Source of the DNA: Candidatus Omnitrophota bacterium
GTDB lineage: Bacteria > Omnitrophota > Gorgyraeia > Zapsychrales > Fredricksoniimonadaceae
Length of the DNA stretch: 64,000 bases
Direction: 5' to 3'
NCBI GenBank assembly: GCA_963828495.1
Contig: CAWHFJ010000013.1
Span: forward strand, 71,952 to 135,951
Position numbers and translations under genes: made by a program. Below are positions 18,941 through 27,860 of this stretch, in pieces. The stretch's first letter is position 1. Every line of letters starts with the position of its first letter. The notes below the pieces were generated by a model. The model saw only the letters and a list, made by a program, of their open reading frames with translations. It searched no databases and was not told where the DNA came from.

Positions 18941-20023
18941 CTAAAATCCTAAATAACGCCGTTGGGACACAACAAAATCAGCGATGGCCTTACTCCAAAT
19001 GCCTGCTGCCTCCCTAGTCGGATGAACGGAATCACTGAAATCTGAATCTGGCCGACCCGGCAAACTCGTGCCCAAATCAATATACCGCACTCTGGGTATA
19101 TTTTTGATCCCATTAATATATAAAGGCCTATTCAAAATATATTTTTTATAATAATCCGACCTTTCACGGACCCATTGCGGCACAGGAAGATCAACGATCA
19201 CTAAGGATGCTCCGCTTTGTGTTATTTCTTGACAAAGATCGAGGAAGCTATTCATCTGCTGAGCTTGGGCAAAACCTTTAATACCACCCAAATTAACCTT
19301 CCATTGCGCCAAAACAGACTGTTTTAATTCTTCCCCCTTCATTCCTTCATGCATACCCGTCATAGAATGGACGGAATCCCAAAAATCAACATAATGCGAT
19401 CTCACATCAACAAAGATGCAGTGCCAGAATAAAAACGGCCTCAATAAACGGACTGCCCACGGCATCAGATGGGGTTCAAGTGTTAATTCCAGCTTGTTAT
19501 CTTTTGGTTTATATAGGCCATAACGTAATCCGTCGGATTGAAAGATGGTTAAATCTTTATTTTTCCATAAAACATGCTGCCCCGGGACGTCGTCATTAAA
19601 AAATGTCCCGTAGAATATGCCGGCAACAAAAATTGTGCTTTTCATCGATTGTGGGCTGGACATCCGCACAACATCAAAAATCTCTCTTAATTGAGTAACA
19701 TTGGAACCCCCTATAGCGCCATTGTAAATAGCAAAATCAGGAAACAGTGTTTGCAACACCGAAGGACGGATCCCTCCCTGGGCGTTGGATGAGCCTATAA
19801 TAATGATACGGTGGGGAGCATTTGGGCTCAACCAAACCCCCAGGTCAACGCTTGATCCCCCATCAGGATAAATACTTTTTGTGAATGTATACCCGCGATG
19901 CGCTTGATTATCATCCACCACTCCGCTATCCGGATAAAACAGATATGTTAAAAATAAAAAAAACAAATACCAAAGACCAAGGAGGCCAAGAATGACGCCT
20001 GCTTGACGAAAAATATTTTTCAT
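18941..20023 (-). CDS. membrane-anchored SGNH/DltD-like acyl-transferase/esterase, paralog 3
   Basis: IIIIGSSNA and FSDSVHPT. The start is set at MKNIFRQAG (ATG 20023-20021), homologous to the paralog starts and 1 nt after the MBOAT stop. The track ORF extends to 20083. Confidence 0.65.
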   Translation of the reverse strand: MKNIFRQAGVILGLLGLWYLFFLFLTYLFYPDSGVVDDNQAHRGYTFTKSIYPDGGSSVDLGVWLSPNAPHRIIIIGSSNAQGGIRPSVLQTLFPDFAIYNGAIGGSNVTQLREIFDVVRMSSPQSMKSTIFVAGIFYGTFFNDDVPGQHVLWKNKDLTIFQSDGLRYGLYKPKDNKLELTLEPHLMPWAVRLLRPFLFWHCIFVDVRSHYVDFWDSVHSMTGMHEGMKGEELKQSVLAQWKVNLGGIKGFAQAQQMNSFLDLCQEITQSGASLVIVDLPVPQWVRERSDYYKKYILNRPLYINGIKNIPRVRYIDLGTSLPGRPDSDFSDSVHPTREAAGIWSKAIADFVVSQRRYLGF

Positions 20024-20024
20024 A

Positions 20025-21470
20025 TCAAAAACCTTTATAGACAAAATCGGGGATTTCCCCAAAACCATAAAACCAAAACGCAATCACCATCAATAACTCG
20101 AAAGATAACCACGCTCTGACAAAATAAAAATTACCTAATACCGGTAATAATGTGATCGCCACTCTATCCAAAACATATCTCAACATGCGCATACCCGCCA
20201 TAATGACAGCGCATATCAAGCCCCCCAATACAAAAATCACCAAAAACCCCTGTATTTTAAGTTTGCCTATCAGTTGCGCCAGATCGTTAAAATTCAACCA
20301 AAAACAACTTAAGCCCATGCTGAAATACATAAATGTAAACGCCGCGCCCAAAAGCCCTGAAAGGCTGTGGTCAATCATTTTGTTATAGGACACACTAAAA
20401 TATTTGCGCATCAGAACATCAAAAAGCTTGGTTAAACTCACCCCTGCCCCAAGAAATAAGCCATAAATTAAAAACATCCAGGAAGATCCATGCCATAGCC
20501 CCATAATAAAAAATGTCAAAAAATAAGCCATAACTCCCAGATAGGGGACCGCTTCTCGATTAGGCCATCGAAATGCCAACATTGAAAGAAACGGGTTGAA
20601 GACATAAAATTTGAACCAATCCGCGAGTGTGATATGCCAACGGGACCATAATTCCAAAAAACTGCGGGATGCAAAAGGCCGGTTAAAATTCTCAGGAAGC
20701 TGGAAGCCCAAAAGCCTCCCCCAACTGATGACAATGTCCATATAACCGGAAAAGTTAAAAAATAAATATAAAGTATAAAAAGAACTAGCAAGAATAAATT
20801 TACGGCAAAGCCAAAGTGAACTTGCGTTAACTATCGGGCCTTGTAAAGAAACAATCAGATAGTTATGATAGTTCATGCACATCGTAGAAAGAATAACAAC
20901 CTTAAAAAGCCCATGGATCATCCTTGCAAAACAATCAAACGCCTCAGTGGCCTTCAACGCCTTTTGCCCTAAAGACACCTCCTGTATCTTATAATCCTGA
21001 TATCTTTGGATAGGGCCGGAAACAAAGGTCAAAAAATTGCAGCAGAAATTAAAAAAACTGACCGGGGATATCCTCTCCTGGATAGATTTTTGATAGACAT
21101 CAATGAGCATTTGGACCATACGAAACAAAATGTAGGACAAACCAACGCTTAAATACGGCCACTGGATAAAATGAACAAAAGAAACAAACGTGTATTTTTT
21201 TAAATATACAAAAATAATCAAAATAGCACTTAATGCTGTCAGGAAAGTCCCTCTATTAGCCCATGTCTCTACCAACCGTACACCGGCGAACCCTGCGGCT
21301 AAAAAAACGACTAACGGCCATAACTGGAAAGGGGCATTGATATACGTCAGGATAAAAAGCGCATTCAACACAGGGAAGGCAACCCTGACACGGTAGCGTA
21401 CAGGGGAAAGATAAATAACAACAATGGAACTAAAGAAAAATAAAAAGAATTTTATGGAAAGAAAATCCAT
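20025..21470 (-). CDS. MBOAT-family membrane O-acyltransferase (DltB/AlgI-like)
   Basis: 481-aa polytopic ORF with ELWSRWHITLADWFKFYVFNPF and FFIMGLWHGSSW (conserved MBOAT His). Confidence 0.85.
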   Translation of the reverse strand: MDFLSIKFFLFFFSSIVVIYLSPVRYRVRVAFPVLNALFILTYINAPFQLWPLVVFLAAGFAGVRLVETWANRGTFLTALSAILIIFVYLKKYTFVSFVHFIQWPYLSVGLSYILFRMVQMLIDVYQKSIQERISPVSFFNFCCNFLTFVSGPIQRYQDYKIQEVSLGQKALKATEAFDCFARMIHGLFKVVILSTMCMNYHNYLIVSLQGPIVNASSLWLCRKFILASSFYTLYLFFNFSGYMDIVISWGRLLGFQLPENFNRPFASRSFLELWSRWHITLADWFKFYVFNPFLSMLAFRWPNREAVPYLGVMAYFLTFFIMGLWHGSSWMFLIYGLFLGAGVSLTKLFDVLMRKYFSVSYNKMIDHSLSGLLGAAFTFMYFSMGLSCFWLNFNDLAQLIGKLKIQGFLVIFVLGGLICAVIMAGMRMLRYVLDRVAITLLPVLGNFYFVRAWLSFELLMVIAFWFYGFGEIPDFVYKGF

Positions 21471-21487
21471 GATGACCTCCCCACTAT

Positions 21488-21739
21488 TTACCGATTGTTA
21501 TGTTTTTCCAGTAAATCCAGCATTTCTCCGACGTTCTTGAGCTGCCCTACCTGGGCGGCATTGAGCCTGATGGTGAATTCCTTCTCAACCGCGACCACAA
21601 GGATAATATGCATCAAAGAGTCCCATTCCGGTATATCCTTGGCCGCCATGGCATCAAAAATTGTGATTGAGTCATCGTCAAAAACGTCCCTGAACACTCG
21701 ATTCAGCCGTGTTTTGATTTCTAATCTTGTATCCATCAT
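21488..21739 (-). CDS. acyl/peptidyl carrier protein (DltC-like)
   Basis: 83-aa ORF. IPEWDSLMHIILV contains the DSL phosphopantetheine-attachment serine motif, and the size is typical of carrier proteins. Confidence 0.8.
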   Translation of the reverse strand: MMDTRLEIKTRLNRVFRDVFDDDSITIFDAMAAKDIPEWDSLMHIILVVAVEKEFTIRLNAAQVGQLKNVGEMLDLLEKHNNR

Positions 21740-23640
21740 TTCAGGCCTCCGGTTGTCTTGATCTCAGCATTGATTTTCTTAATGAATGAGCTATAGCACG
21801 GACTATCATCCTTTAAAGACAGCTCCCAAAGAGTAGTTCCTTGGGTCTCATTGATCTTACGAAAATGCAGGCGCCCATAAAGATCGGCGACAAGCTTGTT
21901 CTTTGCGGTGGGGATATATTTTCCGATGACCTTCCGGCATTTTTTGTGACGGGCCAAAGAAACAATCTCGGAACAAATAAACTCCTCAACTCCCCTGGAC
22001 AGCACACGACAGCTCATGACCCAGGTATCAATAACCATCGACGCATCCGGCTGTTGCTGCAAGATCACCGCTGAAATCAAGCCATTATCACCAAAACGGT
22101 CTTTTAACTTGAAATACAAACCTGTCCGGCCCTTGTCCTGCCCAATGGCACTAATCTCACTTTCGGTATAGCGCCTCGTCGTTAAATGAAACTGATTACT
22201 TTTATTAATCAGTTGGGCAATCCGCGGCAGGTGAAATTCATCAAAGGGCCCGACGATCATTCCCATCTCTAAGCTGCGTAAATAGTCCGCAAGGTCTGAA
22301 AACTGACTTTGAAATCCGGCCCTTTCTATATTAGAACGGTAATAGGTGCTGCGAATGGTGTCTTCATCCGAAAACAAAACAGTCTCAAAATAAGAACTGC
22401 TGGACAGGGCATCTATGTAATCAGATGGGTCCTCCGGCATCTGGACAACGCTGACCATCGGCAAAACAGTTTTGACAAGCTCTCTTTCGGCCGGGTTATC
22501 ATCCACAAAAACAATAGAATCCAATCCTATATTCAAACTTTCGGCAATGTCTTTAATATTGCTGGCCTTGTCCTTCCAATTGGCTTTAAAAACCACCATG
22601 TCTTCCAATTTTAGGACCATATCCGGATGTTTAAGAAACGCTTCTTTGGCTATGTCTTCCTCGTTCTTGCTGCACACGGCCAGGATGATCCCGCGTTCTT
22701 TGAGCTTTAATAGATAGCGTTGAAAATCCACAAAAGCTTCCCCGGTAGCGCCATGTCCCAATGCAATCCCTTCCAAGCCATCATCAGCTACGACCCCTCC
22801 CCATAGCGTATTATCAAGGTCCAGCACCAGGCATTTTTTAGCAGTGCCCTTAATAGCACCGATCGTTTTAGCCAGCTGCTGGGCCACCAAACCCGTGGCA
22901 TCCAGGGCAAACGCATGTTTGGAATGATACCAGAAACGGCTATCATGCCACTTACGCCGTCCATAGACAGAGGCCAAAAAATCCATATCCAGAAGACTAA
23001 CACCCGGCTCAAGGGCCTTGGCTAAATTCAAATTAAATTGCCGCAAGACATGTGTTGGCCCCCATACCGGGGTAGTTTCATAATTGCCAAAAACCCTATG
23101 GTAAGGCAAGGCTGCATTACTCTGAATAATATGACAATTGGATTTTTGACGCAGGGCCTTCCATAAAGATACACATTCATTCACAGCAGCGCTGATGATC
23201 TGGTCAACAACTGTGGGACTGGATCCCGCAGGCAAATCACATTTGATATCACGATAATTAGTAAATACAAAGACCACGTCTGGCTTGAATTCATAGAGCT
23301 GACTCTGAGGGTCTATGATCGTCTGGTGAATAGTGCTGTATTCGGCCTCATAGATCTGCGCCGCAAACCCTTCCTGCGCAAGCCAAAACTTTAAGACATC
23401 ATTAAAATGCGTGACCGTACTCGAGGCTAAGACAGCCACACGCATTGTCTTCAACTCAGGAAGACCATCGGCCATAGCCTTGAAAAGGGAAGCATATTTC
23501 GCTTGCAGGACAAAATCATCATCAGGGCTGGAAAGTCCAATCAACGAATTAAAAGATTCCCGCCACTTGCCGGCCCCTATTTTTTGTTTGATATCTTTTA
23601 ATGCTTCTCTTTTCGACGAGGCGTCCATATCATTACACAT
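21736..23640 (-). CDS. FkbH-like protein (HAD subfamily IIIC phosphatase plus acyl-transfer domain)
   Basis: 634-aa ORF with CLVLDLDNTLWGGVVADDG (HAD-IIIC motif I) and TWVMSCRVLSRGVEEF (FkbH-type Cys motif). Confidence 0.8.
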   Translation of the reverse strand: MCNDMDASSKREALKDIKQKIGAGKWRESFNSLIGLSSPDDDFVLQAKYASLFKAMADGLPELKTMRVAVLASSTVTHFNDVLKFWLAQEGFAAQIYEAEYSTIHQTIIDPQSQLYEFKPDVVFVFTNYRDIKCDLPAGSSPTVVDQIISAAVNECVSLWKALRQKSNCHIIQSNAALPYHRVFGNYETTPVWGPTHVLRQFNLNLAKALEPGVSLLDMDFLASVYGRRKWHDSRFWYHSKHAFALDATGLVAQQLAKTIGAIKGTAKKCLVLDLDNTLWGGVVADDGLEGIALGHGATGEAFVDFQRYLLKLKERGIILAVCSKNEEDIAKEAFLKHPDMVLKLEDMVVFKANWKDKASNIKDIAESLNIGLDSIVFVDDNPAERELVKTVLPMVSVVQMPEDPSDYIDALSSSSYFETVLFSDEDTIRSTYYRSNIERAGFQSQFSDLADYLRSLEMGMIVGPFDEFHLPRIAQLINKSNQFHLTTRRYTESEISAIGQDKGRTGLYFKLKDRFGDNGLISAVILQQQPDASMVIDTWVMSCRVLSRGVEEFICSEIVSLARHKKCRKVIGKYIPTAKNKLVADLYGRLHFRKINETQGTTLWELSLKDDSPCYSSFIKKINAEIKTTGGLK

Positions 23641-23644
23641 TGCG

Positions 23645-24088
23645 TTAGAGATTGTTCAAAAAAGCGATCTGCACACGGGCACGAGCCAGATTGACATGCG
23701 TCCGGGCATTATCCACTAAAACTTCCAAAACGACCGCATTGGCTCCATGAGAAACCTGGGTCACGCTGGCTTTTATCTGGACCGTATCCCCCACAAAGCA
23801 AGGGGCATGAAATTTTATGTCTAACCTTTGCAAAAGGCAATTTTCTCCGGGGAAATGCACGCCAATAATTTGAGAAATATACCCGACCAAAAGGGCGCCA
23901 TGGACGACCCGTCCTCGATGCCCCCTGCCCAGCGCGAAAGCATCCGACATGTGCAAAGGACTGATGTCTCCGGAAACTTCCGCGAAACGATCAACATCCC
24001 CAGCCGTGATGGTTTGAGTCAAGGCATAACTCATCCCTTCAGACATGTCAGTTATTTTATACTTGGCTATCGGCATAAGATCGGCCAT
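23645..24088 (-). CDS. MaoC-like (R)-hydratase/dehydratase, hot-dog fold
   Basis: 147-aa ORF with SGDISPLHMSDAFALGRGHRGRVVHGALLVGYIS (hydratase-2 motif region). Confidence 0.8.
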   Translation of the reverse strand: MADLMPIAKYKITDMSEGMSYALTQTITAGDVDRFAEVSGDISPLHMSDAFALGRGHRGRVVHGALLVGYISQIIGVHFPGENCLLQRLDIKFHAPCFVGDTVQIKASVTQVSHGANAVVLEVLVDNARTHVNLARARVQIAFLNNL

Positions 24089-25706
24089 ACCTTTGAAGTT
24101 TTTGCGCTAATTGCCCAAACAACGGATTGTCATCATTGAAATTTCCATCCATTTGTGAAAGCATAATTGTATTGATGTCCTGTTGAAAATCAGCAATCTC
24201 TGCCATGGTAAAACCCTGATCATAAAGGTACGCCAGATACCAAAGGCTTGTATCAGGATCAATAAAGACACTTTTGATGTCCCGGAACATTTGCATTTTA
24301 TGGGCACTGGCTTCTATCGAGTTCATGGTATGGTGTTGCCAGTGGCTTCCCATTCCGGTAAGCCCAAATTTTTCCCGGTCCCGATAGATGGGAGTGTTCT
24401 GGATGTAGAAAAATTCCTTTAACGTGTAAAATTGAATGCCGTTTCTTTCCACAAATTCTTTATTATCCCTGATCGTCTGCTCGGATTCACCCGGAAATCC
24501 CACGACAAAGGCCACCATCATGGTGATATCATGTTTGTTCAAAAGGGCAATCCCTCTCTCAAAATCAGCACGGGTCGCTCGTTTGTTCATGTTTTTAAGC
24601 ACTTGGTCATTGGCTGATTCCACCCCTAAGTAAACCCCCCGGCACCCGGAATCCTTCATCAGCCCAACGACTTCTTCATCGACATACTGCACGCGTAAGA
24701 AAGAAAACCATTCAAAATCATACTTACAGAACATGCGGCACAAGTCTTTAAATCTTTGCAGAGGGACATTAAAGGTGTCATCCAGGAAAATAATTTTGTT
24801 AATGTGGGGGTGGCGTAATAGTGATTGGATTTGCCCTTCTACCGTTTCAATGGGCATGGCAAAATACCCCCCGGCTGTTTCAGGATAAGAGCAAAAAGCA
24901 CAGTTAAAAGGACATCCTGAGGCTGTGCGGAATTGGATCGTATGATTTAAAAAAGGCATGTCCAGCCGTTCCCAATAATGAGGAAGGTTATTGATGAGAG
25001 GATCCCTCCAGACTGTTTTGGTAACCCTAACGGCCGTCTCGTCATTGGTTTTGACTCGATACACAAGATTATGAACTGACTCTGGGGATTCTTTTCTTTT
25101 GTAAGCCAAAATCAGGTCCTTAAGATCACCTTCTGAATTAAAACTATGGACAGCATAATCAATTGCCAATTTTTTCATCGCCTGACTTAAGGGCTCTGGA
25201 TTGTCTTGATACATCTGGCCACAAATAAATGCCCCGCCTAAAACAATGGCAACATCAGGATATCGGGCACGTAAGTGTTTCGTTAATCGGGCAATTTCTG
25301 CATAGTTAAGATGAAAGGTGGTGGAAATAGCGACGATCGGCTTAGGGTCGCATTGCTCATAGACATCATAAAGAATATCCCATTCGGCATCAAAATTGTT
25401 AATAACATAGGTGTTGATATCAAATGCTTTTAAATAGTTGGCGATATGAGGGCCGACAAAACCCGGCAGATTCCATACGCTCAATAGTTTTCGGCGGCCT
25501 TGCGGGGACGCTTCATGCCAAAATTGCCCCGTACGTAAATAGTTAATCATATCGCAGTGAGACCGGAAACCTCCTTTAAAATGAACCATCCGCGGATAAA
25601 TAAGATTTTTATACATATCCAGGCGCTCAACGGGAAGTTTGGCATATCCACCGTAGTCGACAATTTCCGACTGAGAAATGAATATCAAATCTATGTTATT
25701 ATGCAC
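24057..25706 (-). CDS. B12-binding-domain radical SAM protein
   Basis: 549-aa ORF. The N-terminal region is Rossmann-like (PIVAISTTFHLNY...VAIVLGGAF). The CxxxCxxC cluster is ASGCPFNCAFCSYPE. Confidence 0.8.
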   Translation of the reverse strand: MHNNIDLIFISQSEIVDYGGYAKLPVERLDMYKNLIYPRMVHFKGGFRSHCDMINYLRTGQFWHEASPQGRRKLLSVWNLPGFVGPHIANYLKAFDINTYVINNFDAEWDILYDVYEQCDPKPIVAISTTFHLNYAEIARLTKHLRARYPDVAIVLGGAFICGQMYQDNPEPLSQAMKKLAIDYAVHSFNSEGDLKDLILAYKRKESPESVHNLVYRVKTNDETAVRVTKTVWRDPLINNLPHYWERLDMPFLNHTIQFRTASGCPFNCAFCSYPETAGGYFAMPIETVEGQIQSLLRHPHINKIIFLDDTFNVPLQRFKDLCRMFCKYDFEWFSFLRVQYVDEEVVGLMKDSGCRGVYLGVESANDQVLKNMNKRATRADFERGIALLNKHDITMMVAFVVGFPGESEQTIRDNKEFVERNGIQFYTLKEFFYIQNTPIYRDREKFGLTGMGSHWQHHTMNSIEASAHKMQMFRDIKSVFIDPDTSLWYLAYLYDQGFTMAEIADFQQDINTIMLSQMDGNFNDDNPLFGQLAQKLQRYGRSYADSQV

Positions 25707-25721
25707 AAGCCCACCCCCGCC

Positions 25722-26276
25722 TCATCTGGCCCCCACCAACTCCTCGTCACGGGCCAGCTCCTCAATCATATTAACCGCCTTTACGCCCACAGGTAAGCGC
25801 ACATCTTCACGACAGATAAGCACCACCCCATCCGTCATGCCTAACGCAATCTCCTGCACCTGCACAAGACTGCAATCCTGACTGAAGTTCTCCCGAAGCG
25901 CCATCTCAATGAGACCCCCTAAATCAGAGGCCCCCAAAATATAAAACTTCCTGGCACCCTTGGCGTAAAGATCTTTCAAAATGTTCAAAAGGTTCTTTTT
26001 TATAAGCCCGATAGAACTGATGGTCTTTAACGTATAGTTAACGGACTTGCGCATCTTTTCGCTAAAGCCTTTAGGCGTTAAAATATATTCCACTTTCCGG
26101 CGGTCCAGTTGTTTAATACGGATGTAACCTTTAGTCACCAAACGCCTTAAGAGCATATTGGTCATGCCTAAAGAAAGATTCAGATGGCGGGAAAGGTCTC
26201 GCTGATTGGCGCCAAGCTTGGCGCCTACGATGTTCACCAACTCAAATTCACGTTCGTCTAAAAGTTTATTGGGCAT
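25722..26276 (-). CDS. MarR-type winged-helix transcriptional regulator with extra C-terminal domain
   Basis: 184-aa ORF. NQRDLSRHLNLSLGMTNMLLRRLVTKGYIRIKQLDRRKVEYILTPKG is the wHTH. A ~95-aa C-terminal domain (KFYILGASDLGG) follows. Confidence 0.7.
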   Translation of the reverse strand: MPNKLLDEREFELVNIVGAKLGANQRDLSRHLNLSLGMTNMLLRRLVTKGYIRIKQLDRRKVEYILTPKGFSEKMRKSVNYTLKTISSIGLIKKNLLNILKDLYAKGARKFYILGASDLGGLIEMALRENFSQDCSLVQVQEIALGMTDGVVLICREDVRLPVGVKAVNMIEELARDEELVGAR

Positions 26277-26288
26277 GGAAGGATAGAT

Positions 26289-26305
26289 TGTTCAATAATT
26301 GAACA
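26289..26305. promoter_or_regulatory. 17-bp perfect palindrome TGTTCAA-TAA-TTGAACA, candidate operator
   Basis: Read directly. It abuts or overlaps the -10 element and the predicted start site of the promoter below, 13-29 nt upstream of the regulator's ATG. Confidence 0.5.
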
Positions 26306-26333
26306 TTGTAGACAACAAACTCGAACCCGTCAA
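26305..26333 (-). promoter_or_regulatory. sigma70-like promoter TTGACG-17 nt-TACAAT
   Basis: On the minus strand, -35 is TTGACG (26333-26328), the spacer is exactly 17 nt, and -10 is TACAAT (26310-26305). It sits in front of the first gene of the acylation/glycan operon. Confidence 0.5.
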
Positions 26334-26357
26334 GGATTTTAATTTTTACCGACACAA

Positions 26358-27758
26358 TCAAATAAATTTAATCTTCTGCATGGCAAACCCGCACATCTTA
26401 AGCAAGAGCAGGCCGTGGCGGAAACGTTGAATTTGAGTAGTGCCGTAGATACGGCTTTTATAACGAATGGGCAATTCTATGACTTTTAAATTAAGTTTCA
26501 CCGCACCGAAAATCAAATCGAAGTCGCCAAAGGGGTCAAAATCACCGAAATAATGGCGGTTGGCCGCCAGTTCCTCATAATGGTGTTTGAACATCACCTT
26601 GGTCCCGCACAGGGTATCTTTAAACCGCTGGCCCAGAAGCCATGAAAAAAACACCCCGAAAAACTTATTGGCTGCCAGGTTCAAAAACCGCATCGCTTCC
26701 TCTTCCATCGGATAGACCAGACGGCAGCCGTTGATAAACTCTCCCTTGCCGCTGCGCAGGGCCTCATAAAATTTGGGCAGGTCTTCCGGAGACACGGTCA
26801 AATCGGCATCCAGAATCATCAGAACGCCCCCCTGGGCCTGGGCAAAACCCTGGCGCACGGCATCCCCCTTGCCCTCACCCTGCTGTTTAAATAATTTAAT
26901 GTCTTTCTGCGGATGGGCTTGTATGACACGCTGGACTTCCTGATACGTGCCGTCTTGAGAATGCCCCTCGATAAAAATAAATTCCTGATGGGTGCCGAAT
27001 GACGGTGTGCGCACCAGTGCCGACTCAATATTCCCCTTCTCATTACGGCAGGGGACCACAATAGTCACGGCATAATCGCCGGTCGTCTCAAACAAAGCCC
27101 GGGCCACTATAAAATGATTCAGCGTCAAGGCATTAAATAACGGCAGCTTAGCTATATACTTATTGACTAGAAAACTCAATGGCCAAATATTAAAGGGAAA
27201 AAGTGTTGCGCGTTCATTCTTGATCGTCTCGAAACCTGCCAATCTTAAAAAATTATTGATGTCATTAAAAGTCAGCCAATTGATTTCATGATGGGGCATC
27301 TTACAGCCTAGGTGCTCGGCGATCTTTAACAAAAACTGCCAGAAATAACTGTAATACTCAATGATGATCCGTGTGTCCGGTGTACAAAATTTTTTTAAAT
27401 ATCCCAAAAAAGTCTGGATATCATCAAGCTCGCCTAACAGCCCCGAAAGAACGATATAATCGAATTTTTCTTTAACAGCTGTCTCCTGAATGGTCCCGGA
27501 GTAAAAATGCAAGGATGGATATTTCTTTTTCGCCAATTCAACCATCGCCGGACTTATATCAACACCCACGCCCCACGACGGCCTTACAGCCGCCAACAAG
27601 TCTCCGGTGCTGCAGCCTATCTCCAGCACTCTTTTGCCTTCGGGAATAAAATAGCGGTACTGTTTCTCTAATAGGGAATAGTAATAATAATTGCGGCGGC
27701 GATAATCATCGCGACGCATGGCCAAGGAATCATAATAGCGGGCTAAGTTTTGTGTCAT
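26358..27758 (-). CDS. bifunctional class I SAM-dependent methyltransferase / family 2 glycosyltransferase
   Basis: 466-aa ORF. The N-terminal part has VLEIGCSTGDLL (SAM motif I). The C-terminal part has VTIVVPCRNEKGNIE and MILDADLTV (GT2). Confidence 0.8.
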   Translation of the reverse strand: MTQNLARYYDSLAMRRDDYRRRNYYYYSLLEKQYRYFIPEGKRVLEIGCSTGDLLAAVRPSWGVGVDISPAMVELAKKKYPSLHFYSGTIQETAVKEKFDYIVLSGLLGELDDIQTFLGYLKKFCTPDTRIIIEYYSYFWQFLLKIAEHLGCKMPHHEINWLTFNDINNFLRLAGFETIKNERATLFPFNIWPLSFLVNKYIAKLPLFNALTLNHFIVARALFETTGDYAVTIVVPCRNEKGNIESALVRTPSFGTHQEFIFIEGHSQDGTYQEVQRVIQAHPQKDIKLFKQQGEGKGDAVRQGFAQAQGGVLMILDADLTVSPEDLPKFYEALRSGKGEFINGCRLVYPMEEEAMRFLNLAANKFFGVFFSWLLGQRFKDTLCGTKVMFKHHYEELAANRHYFGDFDPFGDFDLIFGAVKLNLKVIELPIRYKSRIYGTTQIQRFRHGLLLLKMCGFAMQKIKFI

Positions 27759-27823
27759 ATGCTAGTCAATATTAAAAGATATCCGGCCGTATTGCAATCT
27801 AAAAAAGAATTGAAAAACTTTCT

Positions 27824-27853
27824 TTGAGAAATCGTTGTCAATTGAGCTATAAT
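27824..27853 (+). promoter_or_regulatory. sigma70-like promoter TTGAGA-18 nt-TATAAT in front of metF
   Basis: -35 is at 27824-27829 and -10 at 27848-27853. The metF ATG starts only 7 nt after the -10 element, which suggests a leaderless transcript. Confidence 0.4.
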
Positions 27854-27860
27854 AGCGCCT

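Larger units (their letters stand above)
16700..20023 (-). repeat. tandem triplication of a ~1.12-kb gene-plus-spacer unit
   Basis: Three head-to-tail paralogous genes are separated by two near-identical 33-nt spacers (17786-17818 and 18908-18940, which differ at 2 positions). Confidence 0.9.

Noticed and set aside
24057-24088. 32-nt overlap between the radical SAM gene end and the MaoC gene start as a frameshift or fusion signal
   Set aside because: Both ORFs are complete with family-typical termini. Other gene pairs in this operon overlap by comparable lengths (22-56 nt).
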